A DNA stretch of 31,234 bases. Origin: a virus (Duplodnaviria; Caudoviricetes). Below are positions 1 to 9,885 of the stretch, piece by piece; the stretch's first letter is position 1, and every line of letters begins with the position of its first letter. A program made the translations under genes and the position numbers. Where the stretch lies: positions 1 through 31,234 of IMG/VR virus record IMGVR_UViG_3300037424_000433. One strand, given 5' to 3'. Under the pieces are notes generated by a model. That model made no database searches and was not told where the DNA came from. It worked only from the letters and a program-made list of their open reading frames with translations.

Positions 1-2
1 AG

Positions 3-380
3 GACAATGTGGCGTTCCAGGATGCAATCCGCAGCGTCCTGCCGGAGATCCCGGACTGCGAGATCACCATCACCGGGCCGTTCGACAACTCGGCGGCCGC
101 TACCGCGTCGGTTTCAGGCGCCGCTCCCTCCCTCTCGGGATCGCACACGGTCCTGAGTGGGATCGTCGGCGGGGTGACGCCTCTCGCGCTGTGCATCGCC
201 TTCGGCATGCGTCAATACTACACGACCGGAGAGCCGACGTTCGGGCTGACAGGGACGACCGCCAATGGGTTTCTGTGCCTGAGCTACGTCGTCGATCCCG
301 GAGAGCAAAAGTATTCGGCCAAGTTCAAGGTTGCCTCGGGATCTGCGATCCCGGCTTGGGCCGCCGCACTGTTGACCTGA
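3..380 (+). CDS. Major tail tube protein, C-terminal part (5' truncated by window)
   Basis: Frame open from window start; directly precedes tail chaperone and tape measure; beta-rich tube-like pattern (DCEITITGPFD...YSAKFKV). Confidence 0.7.
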   Translation, partial: DNVAFQDAIRSVLPEIPDCEITITGPFDNSAAATASVSGAAPSLSGSHTVLSGIVGGVTPLALCIAFGMRQYYTTGEPTFGLTGTTANGFLCLSYVVDPGEQKYSAKFKVASGSAIPAWAAALLT

Positions 381-387
381 GGCCGAC

Positions 388-708
388 ATGCCCAAGACCA
401 TAGTCTCGCCGGTCAAGCGCTGGAGCGGTAGCGTTGTCTTGCAGGACCCCCTGCTGTTCCCGGCGTACATGAAGCTCAAGGCGGCGCTGGACGATTCCGA
501 GGTGGCCACGGACCCGGCGATGAAGATGCAGATTGCTCTGCCCGGTCTGTGCGCCTGCGTGGAGAAGTGGGAACTGAAGGACCTCGGACAGATCGCGCCC
601 GAGACCTTCCCCGCGTCTCCTCTCAAGGCATCCGCGGAGCTGTTCGCCTGGCTGATGGGCGAGGTGATGGCGCTGCTCTTGGAGGCCGAAGAAGTCCCAA
701 ACGCCTGA
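388..708 (+). CDS. Tail assembly chaperone (gpG-like)
   Basis: Lies between tail tube and tape measure; ends EEVPNA with in-frame slippery C CCA AAC at 696-702. Confidence 0.8.
   Translation: MPKTIVSPVKRWSGSVVLQDPLLFPAYMKLKAALDDSEVATDPAMKMQIALPGLCACVEKWELKDLGQIAPETFPASPLKASAELFAWLMGEVMALLLEAEEVPNA
696..702 (+). promoter_or_regulatory. Programmed -1 ribosomal frameshift heptamer CCCAAAC
   Basis: X XXY YYZ pattern in the correct phase, just before the stop codon of 388..708. Confidence 0.75.
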
Positions 709-983
709 TGGCCCGCGCCTATCTGTACGCGGAGGGCGACGGGCCGGAGCCGATGGAGCTTGACGCACTCAGGACGATTCAGGTGTTCGGGGCCGAGGCT
801 GTCTGGGGTAGACCTCTTGGGGTCGGAGAGATGAGACGGATGATGGTGGCCGATGCGATCGTGAGGGCGCACATGGGCAGGGCGACGCACAAGGAAGGCT
901 GGGCGGCATGGGCCGCGGCCAATCCCGAGCAGAACGCCTTGCTGAATACCGCAATGAAGATGGCCGGAGCCGAGGATGGGTAA
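696..983 (+). CDS. Tail chaperone -1 frameshift extension (gpGT-like)
   Basis: -1 frame open from the slippery site (PKRLMARAYLY...) to TAA at 983, overlapping the tape measure start. Confidence 0.7.
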   Translation, partial: PKRLMARAYLYAEGDGPEPMELDALRTIQVFGAEAVWGRPLGVGEMRRMMVADAIVRAHMGRATHKEGWAAWAAANPEQNALLNTAMKMAGAEDG

Positions 984-2214
984 CGAAGTCCAGATCATCA
1001 TCAAGGCGATCGACAAGGCCTCGGCCGAGTTCAAGAAGGTCGGCGGAGCATCCGGCGCATTGCGGGAGAGCTTCAAGACGCTCGGGATGGCCATTGGCGG
1101 GGTGACGGCCGTTGCTGGTGCGGCCACGGTTGCCTATAAGGCCGTCATCGCCCCGATCATCAACTACAACAAGTCGATTCTGGACGCGGCCCGCTCTACC
1201 CGAATGGGAACGGAGGATCTCTCGCGGTTCATCCAGGTCGGCGACGACATGGGCGTGAGCATGGACTCCATCACCCGCGCCCTACAGATGGCAACCAAGA
1301 ACGGCTTCGCCCCGAGCATCTCGGCAATCGCGGAGCTGGCCGACAAGGCCAACGCGATGAATACGCCCACCGAGCGGGCGGCAACGCTTGCCAAGATGTT
1401 CGGGCGCAATTGGGCTGAACTCGATCCAATCCTCCAACTCGGTGGGGAGCGGATCCGAGAACTCGCCGCATCACAGGCCGACGGTCTGGTGGTGACGGAA
1501 GAGGAAATCAGGAAAACAGAAGATCTACGCCTCAAGGTCGATGCATTGACGGACACATTCACCGCGTATCGGAATGAGATTGCCCTGCAGGCGGTTGAGG
1601 TGATAGACCTCAATGTTAGGGCGACCATGCTCACGGGAACGTGGGCCGCCCAACGCCTGGCATTGACCGGGCAGAAACCAACCCTGATCGAGTACCTGCG
1701 GCAGTGGCATCTGATTGAGGAGGCCATGCGTTCTGCGGAAGGCGTAACGGAGACCGGGATCGTGAAGCTCGGCCACATGAAGGCCGCGATGGATGCTATC
1801 CGCAGCAAGGACGTGACGGTCACGGTGACGACTCTTGAGATAGGGGGCTATGGATCAGACTATCGCCCTGTTGGAGGCGGCGGGCAAGCAGGCGGATACG
1901 CTGGATATGTCACGGGAGGAACCGGCGGAGGCGGGGCGAGGTATGGCCCTCGCGTTGAGGGCGCCGGCGGGAAGTTCTACAAGATGGACTACCAGACGGG
2001 GCAATACGTCCCGGCTCGGTACGGTCTCGACATGGTTGTTCCGCCCGGCTACAACGAGAACTTCGGCGTCCGTGCGTCCTCCGGCGAGCACATTCAAGTA
2101 ACTCCCGCCGGCGAGAAGCCCAAGAGCGGGGCCAACGTGCAGATCAACGTGACGAGTTCGCCGATGGATACCCAGTACATGGTCAAGGTTATCAAGGCCG
2201 CGGTGGGGATGTAG
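976..2214 (+). CDS. Tail tape measure protein (short, 412 aa)
   Basis: N-terminus VQIIIKAIDKAS, helical Ala-rich body, C-terminal VPPGYNENF...SSGE..VTP motif, position after chaperones. Confidence 0.85.
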   Translation: MGNEVQIIIKAIDKASAEFKKVGGASGALRESFKTLGMAIGGVTAVAGAATVAYKAVIAPIINYNKSILDAARSTRMGTEDLSRFIQVGDDMGVSMDSITRALQMATKNGFAPSISAIAELADKANAMNTPTERAATLAKMFGRNWAELDPILQLGGERIRELAASQADGLVVTEEEIRKTEDLRLKVDALTDTFTAYRNEIALQAVEVIDLNVRATMLTGTWAAQRLALTGQKPTLIEYLRQWHLIEEAMRSAEGVTETGIVKLGHMKAAMDAIRSKDVTVTVTTLEIGGYGSDYRPVGGGGQAGGYAGYVTGGTGGGGARYGPRVEGAGGKFYKMDYQTGQYVPARYGLDMVVPPGYNENFGVRASSGEHIQVTPAGEKPKSGANVQINVTSSPMDTQYMVKVIKAAVGM

Positions 2215-4194
2215 ATGGCGCGCGTCTTCGATCTCATCGACTCAAGTGCGGTCCTCTCGACCATCAGCCTTATCAACACGAGCGGCATCGTCGCGCCTGT
2301 TGGAGGCTATGGCGAGGCCAGCCTAAGCGCGCCCCACCTAACCGGCGACGATCCGACCACGAGCGGCAAGGTCCTCGAGACGTACAAGCTGATGCTGCGG
2401 GCGAGCAGCCAGGACAACGCGGCAAGCCAGTATCAGGCGCTCCTCTCCATGCTCCGCAAGGCTGCCAGGTACGCCATCGATCCGCGTCAGACGGCTCCGG
2501 TGTACCTCAAGCAGCAGATGTTGAACGAGACCAGCCCACGCTATGCCCTGTGCTATGGGGCCTATGAGCTGGTCAACCCCAACTTGTTCAGGACGATCTT
2601 CGACTCGAAGGCGTGGATTGAGGAGTTTGGCCTGACGCTGATCCGAGAGCACCCGTGGCGATCGGGCATTCCGGGGACTCTCCCGACCATCCTGACGTTG
2701 ACGGCAACCGATGGGGCAGCAAGTCCAACGGCGGTGCACCTGTCGGGCTTGCGCGACAACAACGCCATCACGCACATCTACACCCACGACAACTCGGCTG
2801 GAGCTGGCGGGTTCTCGGCCAACCTTGCCGGGACTGCAACGTTCGGCCTGTTCCCGGCCTCGACCGCGGTGGATGACTGTCTTTACATCGGTTCGACAAC
2901 CGGGCCATTGCACAACATCGTCATTCCGGTGGCTACTCCGGGCGTCTACACGGCGACGATGGCGCTCGAGATCTACACCGGCGCGGCGTTCGTGGCTTTG
3001 ACGGTTGGCACCGAGTACACCATCTACCCGACCGAGACGCTGACGACCTTGTTCAAGGTGGCCGGGGACTGGGCGTTCAACGTCTTCGGCAAGTCCGGCT
3101 GGGCACTGACAACGGTCAACGGTGTCTCTGCGTGGTGGCTGAAGATTCACATCACGGCCTTCACGTCGATGGGGACCATTCCGGCGACGGGGACTCCGAT
3201 CCCCTACAACGCCAAGTCGAACTTCCTGGAGATCCCGGCGAATGGGTTGGCCGGCGACATGCCCGCCACGATCGACCTCAGACTGGCGGCTCCTTCGGGG
3301 GGAACGACGACACCGGGGCCTGGGAACACATCCCGCATCATCCTCGGGGCGAAGTCGCGCAACCTCGCGGCGAATGAGTTCACGGCGCAGCTGGACAACT
3401 CGACACTGACCGGTTGGGCCTACACCTACGGGACCGACTCTGCGACAGCGGCGTCCTATCTTGGGCCGTCACTGGCGTACACGAACATCACCTTCGCCAC
3501 CGACTCAACGCTGGTCGCACGTCTGATTATGACCGGCACCTCGAAGCTGGCGAAGTGGGCGGGGAAGTACCGGGTCTTCATCCTCGCCAACCAAGCGGCC
3601 GGCGCGGCCGGAGAAACGTCCATCCGACTGAGGACGTGGATCGGCGCTACGACAGCGGGCAACCCGAAGTTCGACACACCTACCGTTGCGCTCAAGGCAG
3701 TCTCCCCGGCGACGTGGGAAGTCGTGGACATGGGGACCTTGAGACTCCCGTTCTCGGAGGAGATGAGCGCGGACGGACTGACCGCCGACCTCATCTTCCA
3801 GGTCATGGCCTCGCGTTCTTCGGGGGCGGCAACGCTTGGGATCGGCGGGCTGATCCTGATCCCGGTCGATGAATGGTCGTGTGTGGTGGACGATCCCCTG
3901 TCGGATGCGACGACGGGCAACTCGGCCCTGAGAGGCAGCGGCATTCTGGACATTGATGGCGGAGTGCTGAAGATCCGAACGGCCAAGTTGCAGTCTGCCA
4001 TCCTTGCCGAGAACTGGACGCGGGATGGAAGACCTCCGGCTCTTGAACCCGCTCTCCTGACCCGTATCTACGCGCTCCAGACGTACTACCCAACTACTTG
4101 GGGGACGGGGCCGATGCTGCTTGCGCATGGCGGGCATCTTGTGGCTTCTGTCTACGCCCACAACCGCTACTCAGCCTTGAGGGGTGGGGGATGA
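2215..4194 (+). CDS. Distal tail / tail-tip protein with probable inserted beta-sandwich domains
   Basis: Immediately after the tape measure; 659 aa, Thr/Gly/aromatic-rich. Confidence 0.6.
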   Translation: MARVFDLIDSSAVLSTISLINTSGIVAPVGGYGEASLSAPHLTGDDPTTSGKVLETYKLMLRASSQDNAASQYQALLSMLRKAARYAIDPRQTAPVYLKQQMLNETSPRYALCYGAYELVNPNLFRTIFDSKAWIEEFGLTLIREHPWRSGIPGTLPTILTLTATDGAASPTAVHLSGLRDNNAITHIYTHDNSAGAGGFSANLAGTATFGLFPASTAVDDCLYIGSTTGPLHNIVIPVATPGVYTATMALEIYTGAAFVALTVGTEYTIYPTETLTTLFKVAGDWAFNVFGKSGWALTTVNGVSAWWLKIHITAFTSMGTIPATGTPIPYNAKSNFLEIPANGLAGDMPATIDLRLAAPSGGTTTPGPGNTSRIILGAKSRNLAANEFTAQLDNSTLTGWAYTYGTDSATAASYLGPSLAYTNITFATDSTLVARLIMTGTSKLAKWAGKYRVFILANQAAGAAGETSIRLRTWIGATTAGNPKFDTPTVALKAVSPATWEVVDMGTLRLPFSEEMSADGLTADLIFQVMASRSSGAATLGIGGLILIPVDEWSCVVDDPLSDATTGNSALRGSGILDIDGGVLKIRTAKLQSAILAENWTRDGRPPALEPALLTRIYALQTYYPTTWGTGPMLLAHGGHLVASVYAHNRYSALRGGG

Positions 4195-5834
4195 CGTTCA
4201 ACGGCAGCATCGTCATCTCGCGGTGCGTCATCTCCCTTCCTCCTAGTACGCCGACGAGCGCCTATTGCACGGGCGGAACCATCACAACGTCCGGCGGCAA
4301 GCGCATCCACACGTTCACGGGCGATGGAACGCTGGTGGTTGTCAATCCGGGGAACGTTGAAATGCTCCTGGTCGCCGGAGGCGGCGGTTCGGGAGCCGGC
4401 GAGAACACGGCGTCGGACGGTGGTGGCGGCGGTGGTGGGGCCGGTGGCGTCATCTATAACGCCGCCGAGGCGCTGACGGCGGGGAACAAGGCCATCGTCA
4501 TTGGTGCCGGTGGAGCCGTGGCAACCGTAGGGGGAAACACTACGTTCAATGGCAACACGGCGGCGGGCGGAGGTTTAGGAAGAAACGGCACTAGCGGCGC
4601 CGCAAATGTTGGCGGGACGGGAGGATCAGGCGGCGGCGGCTCACGAGGAGGAGCCGGCGGAACGGCGTCTCCGGCAGGTCAAGGAAACGCCGGTGGTGCC
4701 GGGGTCTCACCCGCCTGGACGGGCGGTGGTGGCGGAGGCAAGGGCGGTGCCGCAAGCGGAATAACAAAGGGTGCGGGGCAGTCCTATGGCATCTCTGGGG
4801 CCGCCGTTACCTACGCCGAAGGCGGTCAGGGCGGCGCTGGTACGGGGATGGCGAATGGAGTCGCGGGGGCGGCCAATACGGGCAACGGAGCAAGTGGTGG
4901 AGCGGCAGGAGCGCCCACTGGCGGGGCGGGGGCAATCGGCGGCTCTGGCATCGTCATCGTGAGCTATGACGCTTCTGGAATAACGGGCGGCGAGAGCGTA
5001 GACGCAATCACCCTCTCCCCTCGACCCTCCCTGGGCATGATCGGCTGGCGGAAGTGCTCGGCCTCCGAAAGAGCAGAAGGCGGTTACTACCGGGCGAACA
5101 TCACCATGACCGGCCCTCTCGACTACCTGGCAGACTTCATGCTGAACGGACTCATGCGCGATGTGAAGTTCTTTTCTGGATCGGGCTCTCAGGGCGTCCA
5201 ATGCTGGGAGGGGTTCATTTATGAGATGACCCTCAACCGCAAGACCGCCGAGATCAAGATCAGCATGGACCGCGTGGCGAACAACGTCTGGATGCGCTAC
5301 CGTGTGACTGGTTCAGGGACGACGGTCAGATCAGATGCACAGGCGGACGCGACCAGTCAGGCGCGCTACGGGATCAGGGACTACGTTCTCACGGGCGGGG
5401 AGCTGGAGAACTCGGTTGTTGCCGACTCGAAGTGCAAGCAGTACCTCGCCCTCAACCGGCAACCGAAGCCTACCAGATCAGGACCGGGAAGGCCGGACGA
5501 AGAGTACACGCTAGAGATCATCTGTAGAGGTTACTTCGACACGCTCAACAACCAGTGCTACAACGCGACTGGCGGGGCCTCGCAGGGTGCGTCTGCAGAA
5601 GTGACCACCATCGTTGCGGCTAAGGGGCAGTTCGTGGCGAGCACGGAAATCAGATCGAACGCCACTCCTGTATCCGAGGTCTACGACGTCGACCGCAGGA
5701 CCGGCGACATCATCCAAGACATAGCCCGCTTGGGAGACGCCAATCCGAAACGCTGGCTTGCCCGGATGACCAACAACCGCGTGTTCCAGTTCGTCCCGGC
5801 GGCCGCCGCCAGCGCGACTGTGGGGTCTGCCTAG
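4191..5834 (+). CDS. Tail-tip (hub-like) protein with glycine-rich domain
   Basis: ATGA overlap at 4191; Gly-rich block TGGTITTSGG..IHTFT..GGSGIVIVSY; C-terminal SQARYG motif typical of tail hub proteins. Confidence 0.65.
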   Translation: MTFNGSIVISRCVISLPPSTPTSAYCTGGTITTSGGKRIHTFTGDGTLVVVNPGNVEMLLVAGGGGSGAGENTASDGGGGGGGAGGVIYNAAEALTAGNKAIVIGAGGAVATVGGNTTFNGNTAAGGGLGRNGTSGAANVGGTGGSGGGGSRGGAGGTASPAGQGNAGGAGVSPAWTGGGGGGKGGAASGITKGAGQSYGISGAAVTYAEGGQGGAGTGMANGVAGAANTGNGASGGAAGAPTGGAGAIGGSGIVIVSYDASGITGGESVDAITLSPRPSLGMIGWRKCSASERAEGGYYRANITMTGPLDYLADFMLNGLMRDVKFFSGSGSQGVQCWEGFIYEMTLNRKTAEIKISMDRVANNVWMRYRVTGSGTTVRSDAQADATSQARYGIRDYVLTGGELENSVVADSKCKQYLALNRQPKPTRSGPGRPDEEYTLEIICRGYFDTLNNQCYNATGGASQGASAEVTTIVAAKGQFVASTEIRSNATPVSEVYDVDRRTGDIIQDIARLGDANPKRWLARMTNNRVFQFVPAAAASATVGSA

Positions 5835-6725
5835 ATGGCCATCGCATTCGTCCGCGCTACCACATCCACCGCGACAACATTTTCGCACATCGTCGATAGC
5901 TACAACGACCGCATCCTCATCGTCGCAATCAACAACTGGTACTCGGAAGTCACTGCTGTGACCTATGCCGGGTATCCGCTGACCAAGAAGTTCGAGCGCC
6001 AAAGCGGGGGCCGCATCTATCTGTCCTACTGGTATCTCGTCGGGCCTCCAATCGGCACAGCCAATGTGGTCATCACCGGATCGGGGACCTTCCAGGCCGT
6101 CGCCGCGCTGACGTATTCCGGCGTGGATCAGGCGACTCCGTTCGGCACATCCGCCGGAGCAGACGCGGCCACAAACCCAAGCGTTGCGGTGACTTCCGAG
6201 TCGGGTCAACTTGTAGTCGACATCGTGGGGAGTTGCCACACGGCTGCCGGCCAGGTCTTCACGGTCGGGGCCGGGCAGACGCAACGGGCGCAGATTGAGT
6301 CCGGCGGCGGGACGACATTCCCGCGGATCGGCTGTTCGGAAGAGGCTGGCGCGGCTTCGGTCACGATGAGTTGGACCATCGCCGTGGCCGCATCCATCAC
6401 CGGCATTCCTCTCAGGCCCTCCTCCGACCCGCCGAAACGGATCGTCGCCTACGTTGACGACCTCGCCTCCGACGATCGCCGCCTCCTGGACGCCGTCGGC
6501 AACAGACTAGAGCCCTGGGAGATCAGGGCCGACGCATGGGTCCGCTACGCCGGCTGGGCGCCTGTCACGTCCGTCGTCTATGACAGCCTCGTCGACGACC
6601 CGACCTGCGGGTACATCGAAGAGGTGAGTTGGGACAGCGAGAGCGACGTAGCAACCACAACGACAAGCCGGATGGACCTGGGCGAGATCATCATCGCCAG
6701 GGCGTCGGGCCAGAGCTCGGGGTAG
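5835..6725 (+). CDS. Minor tail / structural protein
   Basis: Beta-rich N-domain (MAIAFVRATT, VTYAG..LT, YSGVDQ.TP, GAGQTQR) plus acidic C-domain; in tail operon. Confidence 0.6.
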   Translation: MAIAFVRATTSTATTFSHIVDSYNDRILIVAINNWYSEVTAVTYAGYPLTKKFERQSGGRIYLSYWYLVGPPIGTANVVITGSGTFQAVAALTYSGVDQATPFGTSAGADAATNPSVAVTSESGQLVVDIVGSCHTAAGQVFTVGAGQTQRAQIESGGGTTFPRIGCSEEAGAASVTMSWTIAVAASITGIPLRPSSDPPKRIVAYVDDLASDDRRLLDAVGNRLEPWEIRADAWVRYAGWAPVTSVVYDSLVDDPTCGYIEEVSWDSESDVATTTTSRMDLGEIIIARASGQSSG

Positions 6726-6727
6726 CC

Positions 6728-6946
6728 ATGCCGGTTGACGAGACCGGGGGCATGATCGATAGCTGGACCCACAAATCCAAGGGTCTATTGAATGACCTTT
6801 CCGACATTCTTGCAAACATGTCATCGGGGGCGTCGTCTCAGGGCCAGGGGAACGGGCAACTGAGAGCACTCATCGGAGAGTTCGTCGGGCTAATGGGCCC
6901 GATGATTGGCGAATATCGAGCAGAGAGGATCATCAGGGAGTTCTAG
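6728..6946 (+). CDS. Hypothetical protein
   Basis: 72-aa ORF tightly filling the gap between tail gene and endolysin. Confidence 0.5.
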   Translation: MPVDETGGMIDSWTHKSKGLLNDLSDILANMSSGASSQGQGNGQLRALIGEFVGLMGPMIGEYRAERIIREF

Positions 6947-6948
6947 CC

Positions 6949-7719
6949 ATGTGGCAATCGACCGACAACCTCCGCTGCATCGACATCTGGGCCGGGAACC
7001 TGGACTCCAATGGGAACGTCCGGGCGGCCGAGATCATGGCAAAGCAGCCCAAGCTGGTTATTGCCCGGGCGGCTGGCGGGCAGGTCGTTCCCGATGTGGC
7101 CTATGGTCTCGCGCAGGGAGCGCTGACAGCGCGCATCGAGCCTTACTTGGTGGTCAACACGACAAAGCCTCTCGGGTCGTCCTTCGACTTGTGGTCGTCG
7201 CAGATCGGATCGGCCAGACCCAAGGCCATCTGGATGGACTGCGAACGCACGGACGGGCAGACGAAGGACAAGATCACGGGCTACCTCAAGGACGTGTTCT
7301 CTGAGGCCGCCAGACGATGGGCCTGGGCGAAGACCGGGTGCTACACGGCTTCCTGGTGGTGGAACGCCTGGGTCACTCATGGGTGGGAGGCGCACATTCC
7401 CCTATGGTGCGCACACTACCCGTTCTTCGTCCAGAACTCCGACGGGACATGGAGGCAAGCCTACGAGTTCGAGGAAGTTGACTCGCGTCTGCCAATCTCC
7501 AACAGCTTCACGCCCTCCGTTCCCGACGGGTGGAAGGGCATCGCCTCTCCGGTCATCTGGCAGTTCTCGGAGAAGGGCAGCGGCGCCCTCGACCTGAACT
7601 ACGTCTCTCGCACATGGTTCGACGGTCTCTACGGAGGCGTCGCTATCCCCGCGCCCGCGCCCATAAGGGTCGAGGTGCGGCATCCTCACAGCGTTGAAAT
7701 CGTCTCCGTGGAGGTTTGA
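6949..7719 (+). CDS. Endolysin, GH25 muramidase-like
   Basis: N-terminal CIDIW, WMDCE (DxE), GCYT..WW, LWCAHY, WQFSEKG, LDLN motifs. Confidence 0.85.
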   Translation: MWQSTDNLRCIDIWAGNLDSNGNVRAAEIMAKQPKLVIARAAGGQVVPDVAYGLAQGALTARIEPYLVVNTTKPLGSSFDLWSSQIGSARPKAIWMDCERTDGQTKDKITGYLKDVFSEAARRWAWAKTGCYTASWWWNAWVTHGWEAHIPLWCAHYPFFVQNSDGTWRQAYEFEEVDSRLPISNSFTPSVPDGWKGIASPVIWQFSEKGSGALDLNYVSRTWFDGLYGGVAIPAPAPIRVEVRHPHSVEIVSVEV

Positions 7720-8076
7720 GTGACCGAATGGGTAGCAATTGCGCAGGGAGTAGGAACAGTCGGCGTTCTGGCCGTGTTCGGATTCTTGTTCTGGACCGGG
7801 CAGATCGTGTCGAAGGGAACGGTCGATAAGATTGTGGCCGTCTATGAGGCGCAATCCAAGGTGCTATCCAACGGCTTCCTCTCGAAGCTAGAGGCGTCGA
7901 CCGCAAGACAGTGCGACGCAGTTGACGGGCTGGTGATCGCCATCAGGGAGTCCGTGTCGGAATCTCGCCAATCGCGGGACCGTATGCAGGAGGTGGTACG
8001 GCAACTCACAGGCAGTCTCTCGGCCATCGAGGCCAAGCAGAACGGAACGGCCGCACCCCGGCGGCGAAAGAAGTAG
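7720..8076 (+). CDS. Holin/antiholin-like protein (N-terminal TM helix plus coiled coil)
   Basis: Hydrophobic N-terminus, basic C-terminus, next to endolysin. Confidence 0.55.
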   Translation: MTEWVAIAQGVGTVGVLAVFGFLFWTGQIVSKGTVDKIVAVYEAQSKVLSNGFLSKLEASTARQCDAVDGLVIAIRESVSESRQSRDRMQEVVRQLTGSLSAIEAKQNGTAAPRRRKK

Positions 8077-8085
8077 GAGGTTCAG

Positions 8086-8397
8086 GTGTTCGATCCCATT
8101 CTCATCGAAGGCATTGCCCCGTCGATCCTCGTGCTGTTGCCGTTCTTGGTGGTAGCAATCACCCTGGCAATCCGCGAGGGCTTCAAGGCGGCCGGCAAGG
8201 AAGTCCCCGCGCTGGCGACCCAGATCGTCGCGTTCGTCGTGTCGGCGGGTGCGGTGGTCGGGACGTTCGTTCTCTCCGGCGCCGCTCTGCCCGTGGACTT
8301 CGGCGGCTGGAGCCAGCTCATCGTCAGCCTGTTCTCGCTGCAGATGTTGGCGTATGAGATCGTCGTGAAGCGGATCGTCGCGCTTCTCCAGAAGTAG
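8086..8397 (+). CDS. Putative holin (about 3 TM helices)
   Basis: Three hydrophobic segments; AGGAGG RBS; in lysis module. Confidence 0.65.
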   Translation: MFDPILIEGIAPSILVLLPFLVVAITLAIREGFKAAGKEVPALATQIVAFVVSAGAVVGTFVLSGAALPVDFGGWSQLIVSLFSLQMLAYEIVVKRIVALLQK

Positions 8398-8402
8398 CTC
8401 CC

Positions 8403-8478
8403 CCGTCCGCTTCGGTGGACGGCTTCGGGGTCCGTCGTGGGTTGTTCCCACGATGTGAGAATGGCTCACGACGGCCCC
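8403..8478 (+). other. Structured intergenic region (UUCG hairpin plus long hairpin)
   Basis: CCGTCCGC-TTCG-GTGGACGG at 8403-8422; GGGG-T-CCGTCGTG (8427-8439) pairs with CACGACGG-CCCC (8467-8478). Confidence 0.5.
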
Positions 8479-8499
8479 CTGTTCCCTCTTGGAGGTCGA

Positions 8500-9411
8500 A
8501 TGCCGACCGTAGGTGAGATGCTGGCACACAGCCGGCCAGAGGCGTCGCGGGTCATCCTGGCCGCAATCAGTGACACCCACGCCGGGCACAAGCTGGCGCT
8601 GATGAACCCCGAGACGATCCTCTACGACGAGGACGAGGAGGGGAACCTTACTCCGTGGAGACCGATGCCGGGCCCAAGCCAACAGGCGCTCTGGCCCTGG
8701 TGCCTAGAGGACGTACAGCGCACCGCCGATCTGGCGGACGGCTGCCCGATTGTGCTGATCCACCACGGCGACATCATGCAGGGCGGGAACGGAAGAGGGC
8801 GCGAGCTCGTCTCGTCGCGCATTGCCGACCAGGAGGAGATCGCCTGGATGAACCTCCAGCCCTGGCTCATTCTCCCCAACCTCGAGCGCATCATCCTCAT
8901 CAAGGGAACGGGGTACCACGAACTCGAGGAAGGATCCGGAGCCCTCTCCATCGCATCCAGGCTGAGAGCTGCAGGGCGCAAGGTCGATGTGCCCTACCAC
9001 TACCGGCCGGAGATCGCCGGTGTTCGGTTCAATCTCGCCCACCACGGTGCTCCTCCCGGTGTCCGCAACTGGCTCCGGGGAAACATTCTCCGGCTCTATA
9101 CACAGAGCATCATGGACGACTGCCTGATGGACGGCAAGGATCCTCCGGACGTTCTCCTGCGCGGCCACTACCACCAGTATGTCTCGGAGATCGTGACCCG
9201 GCGCGCACGTGGGAAGACCTGGCGCACCCAGTCGGTGATCCTCCCGTCCTACTCGTTCATCGACGATTACGCCCGCAAGGTCGCCAAGTCTCCCGAGAAA
9301 ATCACCGTCGGGATGGTGGCCTTCGAGATCGCGGACGGGAAAGCCTCACTACCTCACGAGTTCATGCGCACGCTCGACTACACGACGAAGGAGGTCCTCT
9401 ATGCCCGCTGA
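8500..9411 (+). CDS. Calcineurin-like metallophosphoesterase
   Basis: SDTHAGH, HHGD, KGTGYHE, AHHG, RGHYH motifs; GGAGG RBS before ATG 8500. Confidence 0.85.
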   Translation: MPTVGEMLAHSRPEASRVILAAISDTHAGHKLALMNPETILYDEDEEGNLTPWRPMPGPSQQALWPWCLEDVQRTADLADGCPIVLIHHGDIMQGGNGRGRELVSSRIADQEEIAWMNLQPWLILPNLERIILIKGTGYHELEEGSGALSIASRLRAAGRKVDVPYHYRPEIAGVRFNLAHHGAPPGVRNWLRGNILRLYTQSIMDDCLMDGKDPPDVLLRGHYHQYVSEIVTRRARGKTWRTQSVILPSYSFIDDYARKVAKSPEKITVGMVAFEIADGKASLPHEFMRTLDYTTKEVLYAR

Positions 9412-9643
9412 CATCGACGCAATGCGGGATGAGCTCGAAGCCTTCCTCAATTCGGTTGAGATCCGCGACCCCATCCGCCCGGACGAGATCTCGGTGGACG
9501 GATTCGCCCAGCTCAGGGGCTTGAGCAGGTCGGCCTCGGAGAGGGTATTGAAGGGTCTAGTAAGGGAAGGAAAGATGACGCGCCGGATGGCGTCCATCGA
9601 CGGCAAATACTGCTATGCCTACTCGGTGGCGAAAAAGACATGA
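9401..9643 (+). CDS. Small winged-helix DNA-binding protein
   Basis: ISVDGFAQLRGLSRSASERVLKGLVREGKMTRR pattern. Confidence 0.65.
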   Translation: MPADIDAMRDELEAFLNSVEIRDPIRPDEISVDGFAQLRGLSRSASERVLKGLVREGKMTRRMASIDGKYCYAYSVAKKT

Positions 9644-9885
9644 GCGTCTGGTTGCAGGCCCTCGGATTCATTGTCGGGGCCGGGACAATTTGGCAGTATT
9701 ACCTCATGGGCCACAAGCACCCGTGGTCGTTCCCCGTTGCCACCATCGGCTGGGCGCTATGGGACTACTACCTCATCGTCACGGGACAGTGGGGACTGCT
9801 CCCGTCGTCGCTGATCTGCACGGCGCTCTCTATCCGGGGCTGGGTTCTCTGGCGGCGCGATGGCAAAACTAAAGCAGCGGCATAA
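9640..9885 (+). CDS. Small 3-TM membrane protein, PnuC/SemiSWEET-like half transporter
   Basis: Three TM helices, Trp/Gly-rich, ending GWVLWRR as in PnuC-type repeats. Confidence 0.5.
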   Translation: MSVWLQALGFIVGAGTIWQYYLMGHKHPWSFPVATIGWALWDYYLIVTGQWGLLPSSLICTALSIRGWVLWRRDGKTKAAA

